From assembly GCA_951406725.2 (NCBI GenBank), contig OX597814.1:91760001-91824000 (forward strand): a stretch of 64,000 nucleotides of DNA. The letters run 5' to 3'. The notes beneath the pieces were generated by a model. That model did not search any database, had not been told where the DNA came from, and saw only the letters and a list, made by a program, of their open reading frames with translations. Positions 55,895 through 64,000 of this stretch are shown one piece after another. The stretch is from Octopus vulgaris. Taxonomy: Eukaryota. The position numbers and the translations under genes were made by a program. Position 1 is the stretch's first letter. Each line of letters opens with the position of its first letter.

Positions 55895-56220
55895 GGAGAG
55901 AGAGAGACAGACAGATAGACAGACAGATACTCAGACAGACAGATAGATAGTATTCGAAAGTGTGCTGGGACGCACAAGTTACTTGAAACTTTTCGATCGA
56001 TGAACAGTTCCACACTCCACTTCTATATCCTATAACCCTTGAAAACAACCCTAATATCACTGGATAGGCTAACAATCGGAATTACAACCATGTTATATAA
56101 ACGTTTTTGCGATTAATACAGAGGTGCCAATCGGATCAGGGAAACTCGTATATGCTAAATACAAATTAAAAATATCTACTACCATTTCTGAATTTCTGAT
56201 ATATATGTGTATATATATAT

Positions 56221-56588
56221 ATTCTTTTATTCTTTTAATTGTTTTAGTCAGACTGTGGCTATGCTTCTGCACTGTCTTTTGTCGAGAAAGCCTATGACTT
56301 ATTCTATCGGTCACTTTTGCTGAACCACTATGTTGCGGGAACGTAAACATGCCAGCATCGGCTGTGAAGCGATGTTGGAGGGACAAATACAGACACACCA
56401 ATACACACACACACACATATATATATGTATATATACATATATCAGTGACAAGCTCCTTTCACTTTCCGTCGGCCTGAGGCTATAGTAGAGGATACTTGCC
56501 CAAGGTGCTACGCAGTGGACTGTACCCTGAACCATGTGAGGAACCATGTGGTAAGCAAGCTACTTGCTACACACCCACTTCTCCTACG

Positions 56589-56592
<4 letters not shown>
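56221..56592 (-). mobile_element. SINE family C, degenerate
   Basis: Homology to 59676-60088 with deletions. Confidence 0.75.
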
Positions 56593-56670
<78 letters not shown>

Positions 56671-58095
56671 TATAAGGTGTGTTATGAGCAGTTATAGGAT
56701 ATAATCCTATATAAACTAAACTAACCATTAAAGATGGGGAAGAGAATATGTTTCAAATGATAACACCAACAAGAAACATGGAAAAAACTAAATTATAATC
56801 ATATAATTATAATCATAATTAAATTAAAATAATTGAGTATTACCATTCTCCTCAGTGCAAAAGATAGAGAAAACATCAGGAAAGGTGGTAACAGAAGAAT
56901 ATTACAGCGGACCATATTGGGTCTGTGTCAGATGACTCAGTTGGATATTCATAAAGTGATTGTGTAAGATGAAATATAAGAACACGGTTCGGTAGTGTTG
57001 AGTCTACTTGTGTAAGGACTAAAGCTGATTTGGCTAACGGATGTTTTGAAATATAAATAGGAAACATCGAAGTAAAATTATCACTACATGAGTATAATTA
57101 AGGTGGTGAAAAAATATTCCATATAGTGTGTTTATCCTAAGGGGAAAATATATTATATTAACATATGTATACATGCACACATACAAATCATACACACACA
57201 CATATATATATGTATATATATATATATATATATATACAAACATACATATACATACACATACGAATTTCCCATATACATATAAACAAAATAAAAAAATTAT
57301 GCACACACATATATTATACGCATAAGTGGACGTAATCGTACATAAATGTGTGTAACCATGCACGTATGCACAAGTGTATACATATACATTCATACAAATA
57401 CATACACATATTCCCGTATACGTACACACACATATATATTTATATACATATATACAAAAAGACAAATATCCACACATATATATTATACACATAAGTGCAC
57501 GTACGCGAACATAAACGTGTATATACTTATACATAAGTGTTTACATATAAATAATAAGCGTCCAATGGGACATCATAGCTATGAGTGGTGTGCAACGAAG
57601 AAGTATTCACAAGAGAGAATGGGGAAAAAATTAAAAGAGAAATAGTTTTGTAAATGAAGAAAATCTAGGATAAGAAGTATAGGTAAATTAATGTGGTTTT
57701 ATATAACTAACTAGAAAATCGAAAGGCATGAATATAATAAATTTGTATAATATCATAGGGGAAGTATGCTTCTTTATGGTAAGATAGCATTATATTCGTT
57801 TGTAAGAAAAACAGGTATAGTTGCCAATATCATAGAATTGAGGGAGAGAAAGAAAGAAAAATTACTTCCTACCGTTATAATATGTCTTCAAAAGTAATTC
57901 ACAATGGTAAAAAATTTCATCATTTATTCATGGGTTAGAGATTTATAGTGGAGGGGAGATAATGCTAAGTACAATTTCAGAAAATATTATATAATCCGTA
58001 CTCGTGCTTCGTACTTTTTGCCCGCCTAATAGCTCCACGAGCGATATGGTCAAAATAAACACCGCAGTGAATGATGAAACATATAAATTTATAAA

Positions 58096-58351
58096 TAAGG
58101 ATAATATTGATATTTAAATATCGATCTTATCAAGTGGCCAGCATGGGAATAAGTACCATACAAAGGTAATAATTATTTAAAACTATAAATTAGGGTATCT
58201 GAGAGATACCACCATGCTGACATAGCAGTCAAAACCCTGACCCAAAAGCCACCTTAAATGTTCATATAGTTTTATATAATGATTACCTATGTATGATATT
58301 TATTCCTAAGCTGGCCACTTGATAAGATTGATATTTAAATATCGATATAAT

Positions 58352-58356
<5 letters not shown>
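58096..58356. repeat. ~92-bp imperfect inverted repeats with ~78-bp spacer (MITE or paired PLE tails)
   Basis: 58096-58187 versus 58266-58356; right end abuts (TA)n. Confidence 0.75.
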
Positions 58357-58395
<39 letters not shown>

Positions 58396-58517
58396 TATAC
58401 TATTGCAAGTACGGAATTAAAATAGGATTTGATGTAAACTGTGCTAGGTATGTTAGAAATATAAAAAAGAAATAAGTATCAAGAAATAGGTAACGAAATG
58501 TAATATTATCGTGATCA

Positions 58518-58578
<61 letters not shown>

Positions 58579-59111
58579 CATATTCATGCATAAACATATA
58601 TATGTGCACATACACACATATCCATGGATATACACACATACATATATGGAAGCATATGCAGGTATTAATGGACATATGTATACGTATATACAAATGTATA
58701 TCAATAACACAAGTAATAGTCAAAATATCAAATAGATTGGTAAAAAGTTGATTATGATAATAATAATATAAGTAGTAGTAACTATAATAGGTGAAAGAAG
58801 TATATTTAAGAACATATTGTGAAAAATTTACAACATACAAAAAAATGCATATATATGTGTGTCGAAAACTTTGACTAAAAATATATTGAGTAAGGGGGGA
58901 AGAAAAGTGAATTTCTGGTAAAAACTATATAATTATTTAAAGAAAGTGTGAAAGGGTCTTATAATATTAGTTGACGGGGAATAGCATATGAATGACTAGG
59001 TAGTGTAAGGTAGATAATATAGAGAGTACAGATGATAGAAATCATATGTAAAAAGGTAGTAATTATGTAGAGGGAGGTATTATACGAATAACTAAATTAT
59101 GAGGAGGAGTA

Positions 59112-59144
<33 letters not shown>

Positions 59145-59354
59145 TATATATATGTATCTATATATATATACATACATACATACATATATATATATATGTA
59201 TATATATACATACATACATATATATATATATACATACATGCATACATATATATATATATATATACATACATGCATACATATATATATATATATATACATA
59301 CATGCATACATATATATATATATAACATACATATACATATATATATATATATAT

Positions 59355-59674
59355 TACGGAGTTGTACTCGCATAGCAAGTGATTCGATCTGAGATCGTGT
59401 GCTGTAACGAAAACAATTGCAGCGTGGAAGGTGTTTGTAAGCCATTTAAGAAACACACAAAAGCCGTTCGATTCACTTCAACATTTAAGTTTAATTTGTC
59501 AAAATATTTTCGTCGCTAAAATCCGCGACCTGTTCACTGACAAAAATCCGTGCTGCATCTGATTCTTGATGCATCACGGATTTTTGTCAGTGAACAGGTC
59601 GCGGATTGAAGTGAATCGAACGGTTTTTGTGTGTTTCTTAAATGGCTTAGAAACACCTTTCACGCTGCAATTGT
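59355..59674. mobile_element. Palindromic non-coding element carrying a G3:C8 hammerhead
   Basis: Arms ~59413-59559 and ~59568-59674; the right arm lacks ~40 nt; left end abuts (TA)n. Confidence 0.8.
59495..59544 (-). ncRNA. Minimal type-I hammerhead, G3:C8 core variant
   Basis: TTTGTCA-GTGAACA-G-GTCGC-GGATTTTA-GCGAC-GAAA-ATAT-TT-TGACAAA: 7-bp stem I, 5-bp stem II, palindromic stem III AATATT. Confidence 0.75.
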
Positions 59675-59675
59675 G

Positions 59676-60476
<801 letters not shown>

Positions 60477-61706
60477 TTAATGCAGCACATGTGAACAGCT
60501 AGATGGGAAAATATCGGACATATAATTAGCCATATGTCTGCTGTTTATACTTGCACGGAAATATAGTCGCACACACAAGCACGCATACACTCGCACACAT
60601 ACACACACATACACAGAGATGCAAATACGCGCGCGCGCACATAGACACGAACTTACACAAAATCGCAAGTCTTTAGAAAGATTAAGATTTTAAGTAGCAG
60701 ATATCAGCTATGGACAGAGATGATAGACATTATCATAAACAAATAAACTGAAGGTGAAACAGAGTAATGTGTGAACAGATTAACTGGGAGTGGAATAAGG
60801 AAATATTGAAAAATAGGTTGGAAATAATTAAGGATGCTCACTTTGATAGCAAGGACCATTCCGAAACAAAAATAGAAAGTTCAATATTAAAACAAGGATA
60901 GCAAACAGAATACTTATTCTTAGCAACACCCATGTACAATTGTTAGTAAAACTATCCAGAAATTTTGCAGCCATACAGTTATCTATGCCAATTCTGTTAT
61001 TGGGCGGCTCTTTGATAGCGACATTCATGCCGTCAGGAACTGTAGAATGTACTCGGCAACGCAATATTTTACAATAAAATATAATATATTACAGAGCAAT
61101 ATAACGCAGTACAATATGATATGATTAATATAATATGATTAATATACAATAATGTAATTAATATGATATAATACAATTAATACGATATAATATAATCACA
61201 ATGTTATCCGTTATATGATGAGCAAATCTGGGAGTATACTACTGTGCCATGCGTAATATCAGAAAAATGGCATACACAAAATAATTTAACTAATATCAGA
61301 TTTCTTTGTGCTTATACAAAAATGACAAAAGCTAATTTAAATTTAATTTTTCAAAAAATCAATATTTATTAACATTTTTTCTTTAGAGACGGCGAGCTTC
61401 CAAAATCTATTGCACGCCGAACAAAATGCTTAGCGAAGTTCTGGGTTCAAATGTCTTTCATTCCACAGTTGCTGGTATTTTGCAACAATTTGAAACCTAT
61501 ATTTATTAAATTTATTTGAGAGTACAATGTGCCTTCCAGATGTTTAAAAATCATTTCGGGAGAGACATATATTAATACAAAACCCTAGTTTCCTTTAAAA
61601 TAGAACTTCGAACTTCAGTGCACTTGTTGTAGCGTTCCAGTCACTTCTTGAAGGCCCCATGGAAATCCACCTCCACCCCGTATATATATGTCTGTGTGTG
61701 TGTGAC

Positions 61707-61743
<37 letters not shown>

Positions 61744-61823
61744 TAGTATGTGTTCGCCTATCTGTAAGAGGATGCATATATACATGTATATTTGTGTGAA
61801 TGTATGCATGTATATTTGTGTGA

Positions 61824-61875
<52 letters not shown>

Positions 61876-62428
61876 GTACGTGTGTGTGCACGCAGCGCAT
61901 TTGCTGTAGTGTATCTGTATATAATCGTGCGTCTATATTTACAAACATACATTTCTGAGTATGACTGTTTTCTAACTTATCTAACACGAAAATGTTTCTT
62001 TGTTTCCATTTGAAGCGAATATATTTTTATTTTTGTTTATTTGTCTATACATATTTTCTTTATAGAGACTTATGCAAAACATTGTATTACACTTTCAACA
62101 GTTTAGATGCATTTCAGTTGCCGATTTTCGTTTTTATTACACTAATTTCATTGTTTTTCATATAATCTCTTAAATTTGATATGCTTTAAATTACTCTATT
62201 TTGCTTTTGGATTTGGTTTGCAAGATTCTTTGTGTTAAATACTAAGGCACTAAAAGAGAATGCCTCTCCCCAGACACAACAGAATTAAATTCTTCTGTTC
62301 ATACGTTTATAATTGACTCATTCGCCCTCTCTGCCTATAGCCTTGCCTATCACCTTTTCCCCTAAGCTTCCTTTTTCCTATGACATTCTACCACTACTTA
62401 CTCTGCCCACGTTAATCACCTTCTACTC

Positions 62429-62473
<45 letters not shown>

Positions 62474-64000
62474 CCTCTCTTTCTGTCTCTCTCTTTTCTA
62501 ACGATCTTCTTTACCGCTACCCATTTTCCCCTCTCACTGATACACCCTCTATTTTGTTTTATGACTTTTATTCCTACATGTTAACACTTTGTCCTTTTCT
62601 GACCTCTTGCTTTTTCATTCCTCACTCACTTTTCCTCTCTCTCTAATTCCTTCATTTACTACATCTCCTCCTCTGTCTCTGGGATTCTTTCTCTTTTACT
62701 CTGTTTGTAGCATTCTTTACTCATTACGTTTCACCAAACTAAGTATATGCACTCCTCTTGCAACTCTTATGTTAACACTCTCTGCATTTATTTTTTAATT
62801 CTCTCCCACTTCTTTGTGTACGATGTAAAGCGTGACTGGAGAAGTCAATGAGCAAACTAACTTTTATATCGGCTATTGTATTTTACTAATAACGCCATGT
62901 GACACATTCGGGGATCATGCCAAATACAAATACCGAATGAAAAATGTTGAGTGGAATTATCCTCAATGATTTTCTGATATCCTTTATCAAATTTTTGATA
63001 CAAGCTTTGGAATCTTCAATACAAAATCTAAAATCAAAAATAGAAATCAAATTAAAGTGGGCATAGAATGTAGCTCTTTCTTTTGAGTGTACAGTAACGG
63101 TAGGACAAGTGCTGTTAGTGTTGATGTGACTGCACACGTTAGGGTTCTCCCTCATTGTAGTTTGACTCTTGTAGTTATGTGAAATGCATCTGTTCCTGTT
63201 TGATAGTCGTGTGAATTCAGGTTGATGGTGTAGTGAATAGGCTGTGTAGTTACAGTTGATTAGAGGAAGGAGTATGCAGAAATCTGCAGGTACAGGATAT
63301 AACATTTGAAGTACCAAGTGCATTTAGTTGGATTGTGGTAGATTGCATTGGTAGCAGAGTTTGTTAAATACGCTGCTATAGTCCTGACAATGTACACGTA
63401 GAAAATATTGCCAGTGGGGAAAAAGAAGAGGAGAGAAATAAAAGAAACAAGAGAGAACAACAATAATGTAAAGATGGTGATAGAAATGTTGATAAATTAA
63501 CTTAACCTAAGTTTTATTCCGCTTACAGGAAGAATTACACCCGAACTGGAATGTGTTTCTTGCACGTAAGCGAGTAGAAAAAGTTTCATCCCTCAGGTTT
63601 TGGATATTGGCCGGAAAGGTGACAATATTCAACTCTTTCATTCCATACTTTTGCACTTACTTCTGCTTCCATTGTAAAATTTCACTTTCTCTTCGTTATA
63701 TTCAATGGAGTACTCCTCTCTCGCCTTTCCTTTCAATCGTTAGATCTATTCTGGAGCGAAGGGAAATTTTGTTTCTTTGTATATGCTCTTACGAAGAAAG
63801 AAAACTGAATCTTTTGGTTTATATTCATACAGATGATGATGATGATGCATTGAATACGTTTTATTATGATTTTAAAATATTGGTACCTATGTTACCTAGA
63901 CAACTTTAATTAATATTAGTCGTGTTTATGTTATATTAGCCGTGTTATGTTTTGTGGAGAAATTAATCTTAATTAGGGTTAAAAAACAACAAGTTATGTT

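Overview
Eukaryotic, AT-rich, microsatellite-dense, repeat-dominated DNA. The SINE families resemble those of octopus, which is inference from recognition, not a search. No host protein-coding gene can be supported, and most ORF-track entries are translated (TA)n/(CA)n/(CATA)n microsatellites. The window holds a 6.5-kb head-to-head Penelope-like retroelement (PLE; YRDD-type RT plus GIY-YIG), other PLE remnants, tRNA-derived SINEs, three L1/Tx1-type ORF1-only elements, an R4/Dong-type LINE relic, a hAT relic, Helitron/Helentron-type elements and a mariner-type MITE. The main hidden layer is RNA structure. About 15 type-I hammerhead ribozyme (HHR) motifs from about eight repeat families can be read directly. 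They include a non-coding ~565-bp HHR-bearing tandem unit (retrozyme-like) and minimal HHRs whose core 3:8 base pair covaries (C3:G8, U3:A8, G3:C8). Most of these elements are inserted head-to-head, with 3' tails pointing outward into (TA)n. All folds and alignments were done by eye, so coordinates may be off by a few bases.
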